Shown in pieces: positions 49,186 to 58,450 of a DNA stretch of 64,000 nucleotides (positions are counted from its first letter, which is position 1; every line of letters starts with the position of its first letter). The position numbers and the translations under genes are program-made. The stretch is taken from the sequence record NC_042098.1. One strand, given 5' to 3'. The notes under the pieces were generated by a model. That model saw nothing but the letters and a program-made list of their open reading frames with translations, made no database searches and was not told the origin of the DNA.

Positions 49186-50742
49186 ATGCCCATTGTGACT
49201 GAAGCTACACCTGAGCAACACAAGTCGATTATTCGCCCGGTGGTCATTGAAGTCGTCAACCAGATTCTGCCTGTCATGCGCTTAAGTAATGACGACGAAT
49301 TGATCTTCAATGGTTTTGCGGATATTGCCATGTTGTCAAATTCCATGATCGGTGTGAACCGTAACCCTGACTCACCCATTCGACCACCGGGTCCAAGTCA
49401 GATCATGGTTAATATCGAGGAGAGTGCAACCAGCACCACCTCACCTGAGATGGCGGTACTTTATCCTGAGAACCGGTTTATCATGCGTGATGCTCGCCTG
49501 GGGATTGGTATCCGTCCGGTTCGTAAACGCACCTTACTTAACATCACCTTTAATAAACGCTTTCGCTCCAAAGCTGCTGCTGACCGCTGGCACGCCAACA
49601 TGGAACAGTTGATGGCCCGTTATGTGCAGGATTATATCCACACCCTGGATTACCACTACAACATCCCTGACGGTATGCTGGTGATGCTCAGTGAGTTCTG
49701 GAAGCTGCGTGAAGCACAAGCCCCGTATAACCAGAACTTCGGTGAATGGCTCTCCTCGTGCATGGCACCGTACCAGACGGTCACCACTAACCAGGCAGGT
49801 AAACAAGCACAGTTGTCATTTGCTGAATCGTTAGATAACGTGCAGGGGTGGTGGGATTTCGATGTGGTACCCTACCCGGTCCGTGAGAACACCCGTGGGA
49901 ACTGGCAAGTCACCTTCGATTACAAAGTCGAATTTGATAAGGTGATTGAGTTGGTGATGAACTACCCGATCATCATTCATAACCAGATGCTTCCCCCGGA
50001 GATGATCCCTCAGCCACGCTTACCGAGCTATCGCAACAAGGTATATCAGAAGAACGCGATGATGTATCGGGCCGAAGCCGTACAGCAGGAAGTAGAGCCA
50101 GCAAACTACAGCTTGCGTGATTACCTGTGCTACCCGGTGTACGACGACTGGATACCGGAATACATCCCGCCGTATCAGATCGTGCAATACACTGCCCAGC
50201 TTGCTGTTGATCCGGCTGACCTGCGGTTGGTGGTTAACTTAAAAGAGTTGGGGGATTATGAGTTCACAGGAGCGGCGTTGGAGTACTTGCGCTATGTGAA
50301 GAACCGGGCTTTTGTGAATACCCGTTCGGTGATTCAGCTGAAGGTGTATGAAGAGGATGTGCTGATCGATTCGGAGAAGCTCACCCTGGACAGTAACCTG
50401 GATGTGCACTGCGCCTTTGATCTGAACCTGCGTAAATCTTACCACATCATGGTCACCATCGACTCCGACCTGGCAAAGCTGTCTGAGCAGACTGTCAGTG
50501 AGTTGAAGGAAGATGGCTGGTTTACTGAGAATGTCTTGCAGGTGATCTACCCGCAGTATCTCAATACGCCGGTTTGGCCAAAACCCAATGACCGGGGGAC
50601 GATCTCTGATCTTGCCTGGGATCGGTTTGTGGCGGCACTCTACCCGACCAACCAGTGGTACCGCAAGCCGGACATCGCCCAGCTAACGATTGGACAGTTT
50701 ACCATTCTTGCTAAGAAGAGAAACGATCATGGCTATCGCTAA
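49186..50742 (+). CDS. Conserved virion structural protein (neck/tail-terminator candidate)
   Basis: 518 aa, GAGGA SD, phiKZ-like synteny after internal head genes. Confidence 0.65.
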   Translation: MPIVTEATPEQHKSIIRPVVIEVVNQILPVMRLSNDDELIFNGFADIAMLSNSMIGVNRNPDSPIRPPGPSQIMVNIEESATSTTSPEMAVLYPENRFIMRDARLGIGIRPVRKRTLLNITFNKRFRSKAAADRWHANMEQLMARYVQDYIHTLDYHYNIPDGMLVMLSEFWKLREAQAPYNQNFGEWLSSCMAPYQTVTTNQAGKQAQLSFAESLDNVQGWWDFDVVPYPVRENTRGNWQVTFDYKVEFDKVIELVMNYPIIIHNQMLPPEMIPQPRLPSYRNKVYQKNAMMYRAEAVQQEVEPANYSLRDYLCYPVYDDWIPEYIPPYQIVQYTAQLAVDPADLRLVVNLKELGDYEFTGAALEYLRYVKNRAFVNTRSVIQLKVYEEDVLIDSEKLTLDSNLDVHCAFDLNLRKSYHIMVTIDSDLAKLSEQTVSELKEDGWFTENVLQVIYPQYLNTPVWPKPNDRGTISDLAWDRFVAALYPTNQWYRKPDIAQLTIGQFTILAKKRNDHGYR

Positions 50743-52000
50743 GACACCCGCATCGAAGGTTCCAAACCCGGTGCAGAACCCGGTGATCAAATCACCGGAG
50801 GTTAGAAACGAAGTGGTCGATTCCACTTATAACCCCCGTAAGTCGTTAATGACCTTTGTCGGGGGTTCGTCTTGGGTCATCACCTATTACAGTCAGGTCT
50901 TGGGTGAGGGCAGTGAACCCATGGCCTTGCAGCATGACGAGCAAGGGACCACACAGCAGTACCTGCGTATTCGTCGCAATGTCATGAAAGTCTCCACACC
51001 ACTGAACCATAACCCCGAGAAAGACCAGGGGCAAATGGAAATCACCGGGGCCGGCTATCTGATGCCAGGGATTGTACCGAACCAAGGTGACATGTTTGTC
51101 GCCGATGTGGGTGATGGTCGTGCTGGACTCTTTACCATCAACGATATCGAGATCATGTCCATCTACAACGACACTGCGTATCAGGTGACGTATGAGATGA
51201 CGGACTTCTGGGATGCTGCTATCCAGAAGCTGCTCGATGACAAGACGGTGCAAGACACGGTCTATGACATGGACTTTGCCCGTACGGGTAAGAACCCGAT
51301 CATCGCCTCGGAAGACTTCTTTAACCGTGAGCGCATGATGGGACTGGAGGCCTCGTTAATCCATCACTTCTTCATGACGTTTTATGATAACGAGTTCAAC
51401 ACCTTCTTACTCCCGGGGCAGTTGCGCACTACTTACGACCCGTACCATGCCCGGTTTGTGGATAAGTTGATTGACTACGATTCACGCCCAGGTCATGCCC
51501 GGGTTAACATCTACGACGAGTCACTCAAGGGTAATGCAAAACCCACCACGATCTGGGACCTGTTAGTTGCACAAGACCCACTGATGTTTAAGTACATCAC
51601 CAAACAGATGCAAGTCTTACCCGCGACATACTTTCGCAGTGCCACCGCGCTGTACGGGGCAATTGCGTATGCAGGTATCTACGGGGTGGTTTATCCGGTC
51701 AGTACCGATATCTTCATTAATACCGATATCGCCATTCCAGTCACCCCCATCAACCCCTTGCTGTTCAGTGGGATTGGGATCAACAAAACCTACGTGTTAA
51801 GTGAGGCCTTCTATCTGCAGCAACCGCATCTGATGAGCGAGCTGGAGCGGCAGGTGTACAACCTCATTACCGGCTTACCCATCAACGTGGAGAAGCTGAT
51901 CGATTTGGTGGATGCCTACTTCGAGGCAGCGCCATTGGTACAATACTACGCATTTCCTCTATTAGTGTGTTTGTGCCGAACCGCACGTTATCGTTTATAG
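50729..52000 (+). CDS. Conserved virion structural protein (head-tail connector candidate, phiKZ gp101-like)
   Basis: YYSQVLG...QQY.RI...PNQGDMFVAD.GDGR.GLF pattern; ATG 50729. Confidence 0.68.
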   Translation: MAIAKTPASKVPNPVQNPVIKSPEVRNEVVDSTYNPRKSLMTFVGGSSWVITYYSQVLGEGSEPMALQHDEQGTTQQYLRIRRNVMKVSTPLNHNPEKDQGQMEITGAGYLMPGIVPNQGDMFVADVGDGRAGLFTINDIEIMSIYNDTAYQVTYEMTDFWDAAIQKLLDDKTVQDTVYDMDFARTGKNPIIASEDFFNRERMMGLEASLIHHFFMTFYDNEFNTFLLPGQLRTTYDPYHARFVDKLIDYDSRPGHARVNIYDESLKGNAKPTTIWDLLVAQDPLMFKYITKQMQVLPATYFRSATALYGAIAYAGIYGVVYPVSTDIFINTDIAIPVTPINPLLFSGIGINKTYVLSEAFYLQQPHLMSELERQVYNLITGLPINVEKLIDLVDAYFEAAPLVQYYAFPLLVCLCRTARYRL

Positions 52001-52007
52001 GTGTTCT

Positions 52008-52637
52008 ATGACCCAGGTGATACATAGCACGGAATTTCTAAAGAGTGAACTGGAGCGTTTACAAGTGGTGCTGTTCGAGTGCCGCTATGAATGCCGTATC
52101 CGCCAACGCGATCTCTACGATGTTGACTATCTGCAAAACGTGGGACTGCCATCATCTGGGATAGCTTGGCTCGATCAGGAGATGGACAACCAGTTAGTGG
52201 ATATGTTCCTTACCATTAACAAGATGACCGAGTGTGTGAAGAATGGGTATAACTTCTACATCAACTACCCGGAGACCTACGCAGGGATCATCTACAAAGC
52301 GATCACCGACTACATCCGCTATTACGGCGAGCTCTCGGACCGTTTCCCGAACTTACCGTTACCGGATCAGGACGACTTTGAAATCCTGGACCAGACCGCC
52401 AGTAAGATCTATACAGTTTATCGCTGCTACGAGAAACCGGAAGAACTCTCGGGGATTGTCGGTCGTCTGCGTCGACGTCGTCGCTCCTTCGATCTGCAGA
52501 ACCCGGTGGCCGAAGTTGAGCTGCAGCGTGATGAAGACGGTAACGTGATTGCGAAGGAACATAACTCGATGCTGGATATGTTTGCTGACCGCATGACCGT
52601 GAAGAGGATTCCAAAGCATGAATTTGGAGAAGAGTAG
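52008..52637 (+). CDS. Conserved hypothetical protein
   Basis: 209 aa in structural operon, TAGGTG SD. Confidence 0.72.
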   Translation: MTQVIHSTEFLKSELERLQVVLFECRYECRIRQRDLYDVDYLQNVGLPSSGIAWLDQEMDNQLVDMFLTINKMTECVKNGYNFYINYPETYAGIIYKAITDYIRYYGELSDRFPNLPLPDQDDFEILDQTASKIYTVYRCYEKPEELSGIVGRLRRRRRSFDLQNPVAEVELQRDEDGNVIAKEHNSMLDMFADRMTVKRIPKHEFGEE

Positions 52638-53979
52638 TCTTTATAATGAAATCATCGCGATCGGGACCAAAGGCGGGCGCAGTGTCTACCGAATAAAGGC
52701 GGAGATCTTTTTTGATACCACCGTCTGTTCGGTATTCCGGGTACGCAGCCTCAATCGCTTTGATGATTTCATGAACCGCTACAGTGAAGAGCTGAACATT
52801 GAAGTGGCGATGTCAGAGGGGGTGTACAACCAACAGATCATCCCCAATGCCACGCGGCTTAAGATGCACCTGGTGATTAACAAGTACGAACCGGGACAAG
52901 AACCGGTCAGTACGCGCTACACACTTCGGGTGTTTCCTAAAACTGGATATGACCCGCAGTTGACACAACAACGGGCCGCGGATATCAACCAGGCGGCGAT
53001 TGCTGCGACCTCCTTGCAGTTCTATCAGTTCCAGTTGTTTACCTCAGCGATTGAACAACTCAGTGCAACGCCGTGTGCCGGGATCTTTCCTACTACCTCA
53101 CCGGCCGCATTGATTCGGGTATTACTGGGCGGGGTGTCGGAAGGGCTGGAGTTACCGTTAGAGGAAAAGCCGCTGGGGATGGAGATGTACCCGGTGGATG
53201 CGGTGACGCCAGATGGCAAGGAGATCATCAAGAACCATGTGGTGGTCAAACCGATTCAGTTGTGTGACTTGCCGGGCTTTCTGCAGCACGAGTATGGGTT
53301 GTACAAGACAGCGATTGGGTCGTATTACCATAAGCAGTACTGGCACATCTGGCCGCTCTACAACACCAAACGGTTTGAACTGGTACGCAAGAACCTGATC
53401 GTCGTGAACGTCCCTAAGGATAAGTTCCCCAACATGGAACACACCTACGAGATGCGTGGCTCGAGTCTGTGTGTCTTGGCGACCGGTGATACTGCAGTGC
53501 ACGACACGTCGAACCTGGCGCAATACCAGGAAGGCAATGGTGTCAGGGCAACCCGGTCCTCTGCGATGAGTGGTGATGAGGGGATGGAGGTGAAGCAGGG
53601 GCAAGTGGTGCTGCAGCGTGGGGCGACTAACTCTGAGTTCATTACCAATACCCGTCAAGGTGCAGTTAACTTCGCCCCCATGGCCGGTGAGATCACGGAC
53701 AACAGTTATCGCATTGTGTCAAAGACCGCAGTTAATAACGGATCTACCATTCAGGTGACCTGGCAGAACGCCGACCCTGAGCTGATCTTCCCTGGCATGC
53801 CGGTGAAGTACCTCTACATGAAGTCGACGGGTGTTGAACAACGCTACGGGACGCTGGTGATGGCAGAGGCGCATTATCGACTAGCACAGGACGGGTTAGC
53901 TGATGAGGTGATGTTGTGTGATATGGCCTTAACCTTGTTCATTGATACCGCCGACGAAACCGCCAACAGTTCATTGTAA
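52618..53979 (+). CDS. Conserved virion structural protein (hub-like candidate)
   Basis: 453 aa, overlaps previous gene, beta-rich C-terminus. Confidence 0.65.
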   Translation: MNLEKSSLYNEIIAIGTKGGRSVYRIKAEIFFDTTVCSVFRVRSLNRFDDFMNRYSEELNIEVAMSEGVYNQQIIPNATRLKMHLVINKYEPGQEPVSTRYTLRVFPKTGYDPQLTQQRAADINQAAIAATSLQFYQFQLFTSAIEQLSATPCAGIFPTTSPAALIRVLLGGVSEGLELPLEEKPLGMEMYPVDAVTPDGKEIIKNHVVVKPIQLCDLPGFLQHEYGLYKTAIGSYYHKQYWHIWPLYNTKRFELVRKNLIVVNVPKDKFPNMEHTYEMRGSSLCVLATGDTAVHDTSNLAQYQEGNGVRATRSSAMSGDEGMEVKQGQVVLQRGATNSEFITNTRQGAVNFAPMAGEITDNSYRIVSKTAVNNGSTIQVTWQNADPELIFPGMPVKYLYMKSTGVEQRYGTLVMAEAHYRLAQDGLADEVMLCDMALTLFIDTADETANSSL

Positions 53980-53990
53980 TTAGTGACATT

Positions 53991-54031
53991 CATCCCTAGT
54001 CTTATGAGCTCCTGGCTCATAGGCTAGGATG
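53991..54031 (+). terminator. Long hairpin ending the structural operon
   Basis: TATGAGC-TCCTG-GCTCATA core extended by CATCC.TAG/CTAGGATG. Confidence 0.6.
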
Positions 54032-54042
54032 GATTTATTCTT

Positions 54043-54055
54043 AGACCTACATTAT
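54043..54055 (+). promoter_or_regulatory. Putative phage early promoter
   Basis: AGACC-TACATTAT, 34 nt before ATG 54089. Confidence 0.55.
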
Positions 54056-54088
54056 CGAGATGATCCAATAAAATATAAGGACTTCACC

Positions 54089-55567
54089 ATGAGTCGCAAT
54101 TTCTCGTTGACCACCCTCATCAATCTCCTTCAAGCTGAGCTCGATTGGTACTCTACCCAGTTTCCTGAGTTTGAAGCCGATGTGCTGGACATTGTTAATA
54201 ACACCATCAGCGGTAAGTTAACCGCCAGTGACTTTGGCTGGACTTATAATCGCCTGATCTCTAAGTTCGGTCTGGTGATGCAGGATACCGGTAACCCGCG
54301 GGCAAGGTTCTTGCGTTGCATCGTACCGAACTGCACCCATGGTATTATCCCACAGCTGCAGAGCATTCGTAATTACGGCGATCAACACATCGATCGTGAT
54401 CACATCATGGCCAGCGCTGTAGAGATCTTGTTGGGAAATTCCGTCGCCCCGATTATCAGCAGTTTTTATAAAAGCATCAAGCAGGGTGGCGATACTGCAC
54501 CGTGGGAGCGTGAGGGCTATTATGAATTGTTGTATATGCGCTTGCGCAACAACCGCCATCAATTCCCTTCAGGCTTTCAGGTGCTGCAACCCCAACCGCG
54601 CTTGACGGATGAACTCTCCACTGAGATCTATCGTCGCTTTGATGAGATTGTCGGTACCCTGGAGAAGTTTAACAGCGACCCACAATACGCGTCAGAGAAC
54701 TACACCCTGCACGGCCTGCAAGATCCGTGGACTCATGCCGGGACTCGGGGCGATACCATGGCAGCGAAGTTGTGCCGTGCAATTGATGGTGAACACCCCC
54801 ACCACTATGACGAAGATGAAGACGAGGAGCTTTCGTTTAACCTCACGCCCTATAACCCGGAAGCGGATTTAGTGAGCACGCTGAATAACGTGCATCATCT
54901 TCAGCCGATTGTGAAAGCCATCGTCAGTGCGGCAGCCACCAAAGAGTCTATTGATGAACGTTACCCGTTTCGTCAACCTCACGGTGTGCTTCAGTTGGTG
55001 CAGAAAGGTTACTTCGATGGCCTGACCCCAAAACACCTCAATGAGATCTACAGCACCGATCTCACGATCCCTGCGATCCACAACGTGTTAAGTAAGGTAA
55101 CTTACTATAGTCGCGATGACCGTGCGCAGCTTGAACTCGACCAGAACGGCAACATTCCTGATCGTCAGATCAACCCGGTAGTCACTAACTTTAACCAAGC
55201 TTTAAATCGCGCATACCCAACCAATATCCCGTTACTGACCATTCCGATGCCGGTGGCCATGAACGAAGAGCTCGACTTTGCAGTCCTCGCGAAAACCGAG
55301 ATCAGAAACTATAACCGGGATGGGTATCTGTGGTTGTTGCTCGGTATCGTCTTTGACATCAGTAAAATGACCGTGACGTATCGCCGTCAGCTGAACCGCA
55401 TCAAAGGCGTGCCGTTACGTAAGGTGTGGGAATTGCCTCTGATCGTCACACCACATCGCACCATCGAAGAGATCTTTGCTGATCTTGGTTATGAAATCTT
55501 AGAGGTAACTGATCCAAATGCCAAAACAGAAGCTCCAGTTCGAAAACCTGGTGGCAAGCGTAAATGA
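54089..55567 (+). CDS. Hypothetical protein
   Basis: ATG 54089 after TAAGGA (track start 54029 lies in the hairpin); basic tail RKPGGKRK. Confidence 0.75.
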   Translation: MSRNFSLTTLINLLQAELDWYSTQFPEFEADVLDIVNNTISGKLTASDFGWTYNRLISKFGLVMQDTGNPRARFLRCIVPNCTHGIIPQLQSIRNYGDQHIDRDHIMASAVEILLGNSVAPIISSFYKSIKQGGDTAPWEREGYYELLYMRLRNNRHQFPSGFQVLQPQPRLTDELSTEIYRRFDEIVGTLEKFNSDPQYASENYTLHGLQDPWTHAGTRGDTMAAKLCRAIDGEHPHHYDEDEDEELSFNLTPYNPEADLVSTLNNVHHLQPIVKAIVSAAATKESIDERYPFRQPHGVLQLVQKGYFDGLTPKHLNEIYSTDLTIPAIHNVLSKVTYYSRDDRAQLELDQNGNIPDRQINPVVTNFNQALNRAYPTNIPLLTIPMPVAMNEELDFAVLAKTEIRNYNRDGYLWLLLGIVFDISKMTVTYRRQLNRIKGVPLRKVWELPLIVTPHRTIEEIFADLGYEILEVTDPNAKTEAPVRKPGGKRK

Positions 55568-55913
55568 TTTCGCTGGTCAACTGGGTCAGGTAGCTGTGCT
55601 GATCGAAGGCTTTGATGGGGGCGCTAAGCGCCCCTACTTAGCGTTTGCTCTCCATATGCTCCTTTCATCAGACGCGTCCGAGCGACTGGGTGCCGGCTGG
55701 TACCTGTTACTCATTCGGGCTATGTACAACGAACTCGGTCATGAGTTCACTACCGTCGATGAGTTAGATGACTTCATCGATACCTTTTATGACTTGTTTG
55801 ATGCGCACAACATCGAACTGAACGACGCCGTCGTGAACGAATTGAATATCGCTTTCGACATGTTTGAAGAGTCACTCGACCTGGGTGGTGCCACCGACGA
55901 GTATGACGACTAA
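55518..55913 (+). CDS. Acidic hypothetical protein
   Basis: 131 aa, GAGGT upstream. Confidence 0.65.
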   Translation: MPKQKLQFENLVASVNDFAGQLGQVAVLIEGFDGGAKRPYLAFALHMLLSSDASERLGAGWYLLLIRAMYNELGHEFTTVDELDDFIDTFYDLFDAHNIELNDAVVNELNIAFDMFEESLDLGGATDEYDD

Positions 55914-55942
55914 TTCCCATCCTTAATTAACCGAGACGTAAA

Positions 55943-56164
55943 ATGAAAAAGAACATCCTACTGGCTGTGGTCCTGCTGTCTGCATTTCCTTCTGTAAAGG
56001 CATCCATGGATGTCCCGCCAGACCCGTACACCATTCAGTGTTTATCGGAGACTGAATGCTTTTATGCTAATGGACGTAAAGTGACTGAGCAGGAACTTCA
56101 GAAACTGGCGCTCCTGATTCAACAAGAGGAACAAAATGAGTCAAGTCAAAACAATGACGGCTGA
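55943..56164 (+). CDS. Small exported protein
   Basis: MKKNILLAVVLLSAFPSVKA signal peptide; C-x5-C pair. Confidence 0.7.
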   Translation: MKKNILLAVVLLSAFPSVKASMDVPPDPYTIQCLSETECFYANGRKVTEQELQKLALLIQQEEQNESSQNNDG

Positions 56165-56918
56165 AGAGATCAGAAAGGCGATGTGGGTCTATGATGCATT
56201 GTCTAACAGCCACCGTGGTCTGTATGTCAAAGCAGAAGGTCCGGATGGTTCGGGTAAGTCAACCTTTGTGAAACTGCTAACGGAATGGTTACAGACACAG
56301 TTAGGTAACAGCCGGGCGGTGATGACCCGTGAAATGGGCGGCACTGCACAAGGTCGTGTCTTTCGTGAAATGGTCCTCTTCCCTAAAGAGACCCAAGAGC
56401 TGGATCTGCAAACTGAAACGCTGCTGTGCTGGGCTGATCGGGTTGAAGGCCAGAAGCAAGTTAAAGCCTGGTTAAACGCCGGGATCGCTGTGGTTCAGGA
56501 TCGCACCTACTTCTCCACCTACGCTTATCAAGGCATGCTGTACGGACAGTCACCGTTGGTAAGCAAGATTCATTCCGGCCTGGACATCATGAACGCGGAT
56601 ATCGTGTTTGTGTTGGACGTTGACCCAGAAGACATTCTGGCACGCGTAGGTCGTCGTGAAGCAAAGGGTAATGAAGATCCAACGGGCAATGACCGGATGG
56701 ATGTGATGACCGATCGGCAGCTAAAAGACCTCTGCTACTTTTACCGGGGTATTGAACACCAGATGCCCGCCTGTGCCAATATCAAACAATCTAAAGTCAT
56801 CCACCTGGATGGCCGGCAAACGCAGGAGCAACTGCTGCAGGATGCCATTGTTCACTTAACCCGTTTTCTGGATGAGAAGGAACGCGAAGCAAATGACCTC
56901 TGTCGTGCTATTTGCTAA
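56136..56918 (+). CDS. tmk: Thymidylate kinase
   Basis: P-loop EGPDGSGKST, TRE.GGT, LCWADR, QDRTYFST.AYQG. Confidence 0.92.
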   Translation: MSQVKTMTAEEIRKAMWVYDALSNSHRGLYVKAEGPDGSGKSTFVKLLTEWLQTQLGNSRAVMTREMGGTAQGRVFREMVLFPKETQELDLQTETLLCWADRVEGQKQVKAWLNAGIAVVQDRTYFSTYAYQGMLYGQSPLVSKIHSGLDIMNADIVFVLDVDPEDILARVGRREAKGNEDPTGNDRMDVMTDRQLKDLCYFYRGIEHQMPACANIKQSKVIHLDGRQTQEQLLQDAIVHLTRFLDEKEREANDLCRAIC

Positions 56919-57204
56919 TGTGACCGAACCCCTGCTGTTGAAACTCAAAGAGGTGAATGAAGCGGTTGACCTCGAGTGGTTGATTGAACAGGGTAAGATG
57001 GTCAGTCTTATTCGTAAGAACGTCGTGCGTGCTGAACGTGATGACGGCGCGCATGTGCATGTGATGGTGTTTCCCCGCGAGTATCTTCTGAACCTCGCTG
57101 AACGCCATGACGATGCGCAATATCAGGCCTGGTTAATCGAAAGCAAGATCAAGCCTTTTAAAGAGCATTACGCTCACGGTAGTCTCAGTATGTACGTGTA
57201 CTAA
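56893..57204 (+). CDS. Hypothetical protein
   Basis: ATG 56893 after AAGGA. Confidence 0.65.
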   Translation: MTSVVLFANVTEPLLLKLKEVNEAVDLEWLIEQGKMVSLIRKNVVRAERDDGAHVHVMVFPREYLLNLAERHDDAQYQAWLIESKIKPFKEHYAHGSLSMYVY

Positions 57205-57207
57205 CTT

Positions 57208-57243
57208 TAAGCAGGAGTAAGTTTCCTTACTCCTGCTTATGCC
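57208..57243 (+). terminator. Hairpin terminator
   Basis: TAAGCAGGAGTAAG-TTTC-CTTACTCCTGCTTA perfect 14-bp stem then TGCC. Confidence 0.82.
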
Positions 57244-57268
57244 AATTTAATTTAACCGGACGTGTATC

Positions 57269-57679
57269 ATGAAATTAGGCTTTTATTACGCATTAGTAAA
57301 GAACCATGTGTCAGGTAAACGTGAGATCTTATCCATCCAACGTGAGAGTGTCGCAGAACTCTTCCCAGTGTGTTATACGCGACTCTGTAAAGAGATTGAG
57401 GAAAACCACAGTGGTAAGTACGAAACCTCAGCATTGGCCTTTGGTGCGCTTAAAATCGAGTATCATGCAGCCAGTCAGTTGGGAACGGTATGGATTGGTC
57501 ATACCAAGGTCGGGATCATCACCCCGAAAGCCACGTTGATCTCGGTAGGTGTGGAGTATCCGATTGGGACTTTCTATTTATCCCCTCCGCCAAGTCTGCA
57601 GATTGGTGACCCGGAATTGATTCAGTTACGGGATGTGGTGGCCAGTGTAATTGGCGATGCAACATGGGTGATGAACTAA
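57269..57679 (+). CDS. Hypothetical protein
   Basis: 136 aa, TAATG overlap with next gene. Confidence 0.68.
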   Translation: MKLGFYYALVKNHVSGKREILSIQRESVAELFPVCYTRLCKEIEENHSGKYETSALAFGALKIEYHAASQLGTVWIGHTKVGIITPKATLISVGVEYPIGTFYLSPPPSLQIGDPELIQLRDVVASVIGDATWVMN

Positions 57680-58176
57680 TGGCGAAGATCAATGTCTCGA
57701 ATGCCACGACCTATAAGTTCTTTAAAGAACGTGCAAACCATACACTGCGTCATTTTGCCCAAGATCTTGATCCGGGTATTCTGCCGGTCGTAAGGGAGCT
57801 TAACGCAATAGAAGGCATCGCCCCTGTCTGGAGTTGTGAGTCACACCCTAAAGGTAATGCACATCTTCTTCGCGAGGCATACGTTATCTGTGTGGTCACT
57901 GGGCGGGGGATGGATAAGTTAGAAGAGATCTATAAAGAATGGATGCGGTTGCTAGACCAAGATCGATCATCCTGGCGTAAAGACGATACCGCCCATTCTC
58001 GTAGAAAACGAGTATTTGCTCATCATGTGGTAATCACAACACGTCGCTTGACTTGGCCTAATGACTTCAGTCGCCACTATACCTCTGTCTGTTTAGGGTA
58101 TGAGCGCCTTAATGTCGTCAACAAGCGCTTGGTGCTTCTGTCGTTTGAACAAGCTATCCGTAACGTAACCTTTTAA
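57679..58176 (+). CDS. TYW3-like fold hypothetical protein
   Basis: LDPGILPVVRELNAIEGIAPVWSCESH resembles the D..I...V..LN......T..SC.GH pattern. Confidence 0.55.
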   Translation: MAKINVSNATTYKFFKERANHTLRHFAQDLDPGILPVVRELNAIEGIAPVWSCESHPKGNAHLLREAYVICVVTGRGMDKLEEIYKEWMRLLDQDRSSWRKDDTAHSRRKRVFAHHVVITTRRLTWPNDFSRHYTSVCLGYERLNVVNKRLVLLSFEQAIRNVTF

Positions 58177-58183
58177 ACTTAAT

Positions 58184-58250
58184 CGGCATAACCCCCTGAG
58201 AGAGAAGCGCAATGCTTCTCTCTCAGGGATGCCTGAATCTCTTTTTTTTT
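58184..58250. terminator. Strong terminator
   Basis: CCCTGAGAGAGAAGC-GCAAT-GCTTCTCTCTCAGGG perfect 15-bp stem, GGCAT/ATGCC flanks, T tract. Confidence 0.85.
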
Positions 58251-58371
58251 TAGTCTGGTTAAATATAGTGGATAGAGAATTAACTTGAATAACAAAAAAT
58301 AAAGCAAAGTAATATCAACGCCGGTAAGGGCTACAACAGTTGTTCTAATTTTCAGGCACGTAGCCTAGGAG

Positions 58372-58409
58372 AAAAAAAAGGAGGAAGCAGCTTATCCAGT
58401 TACTTCCTC
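58372..58409 (-). terminator. Terminator after dnaB
   Basis: Minus strand GAGGAAGTA...TGCTTCCTC then C and T8. Confidence 0.7.
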
Positions 58410-58450
58410 AAAAACGTTATTTCTCGTCGTCCCCATTCTGGGACATAGTA

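Noticed and set aside
58250-58450. AT-rich gap as possible ncRNA, origin or small membrane ORF
   Set aside because: Explained by two opposed terminators; the hydrophobic minus-strand frame has no credible start
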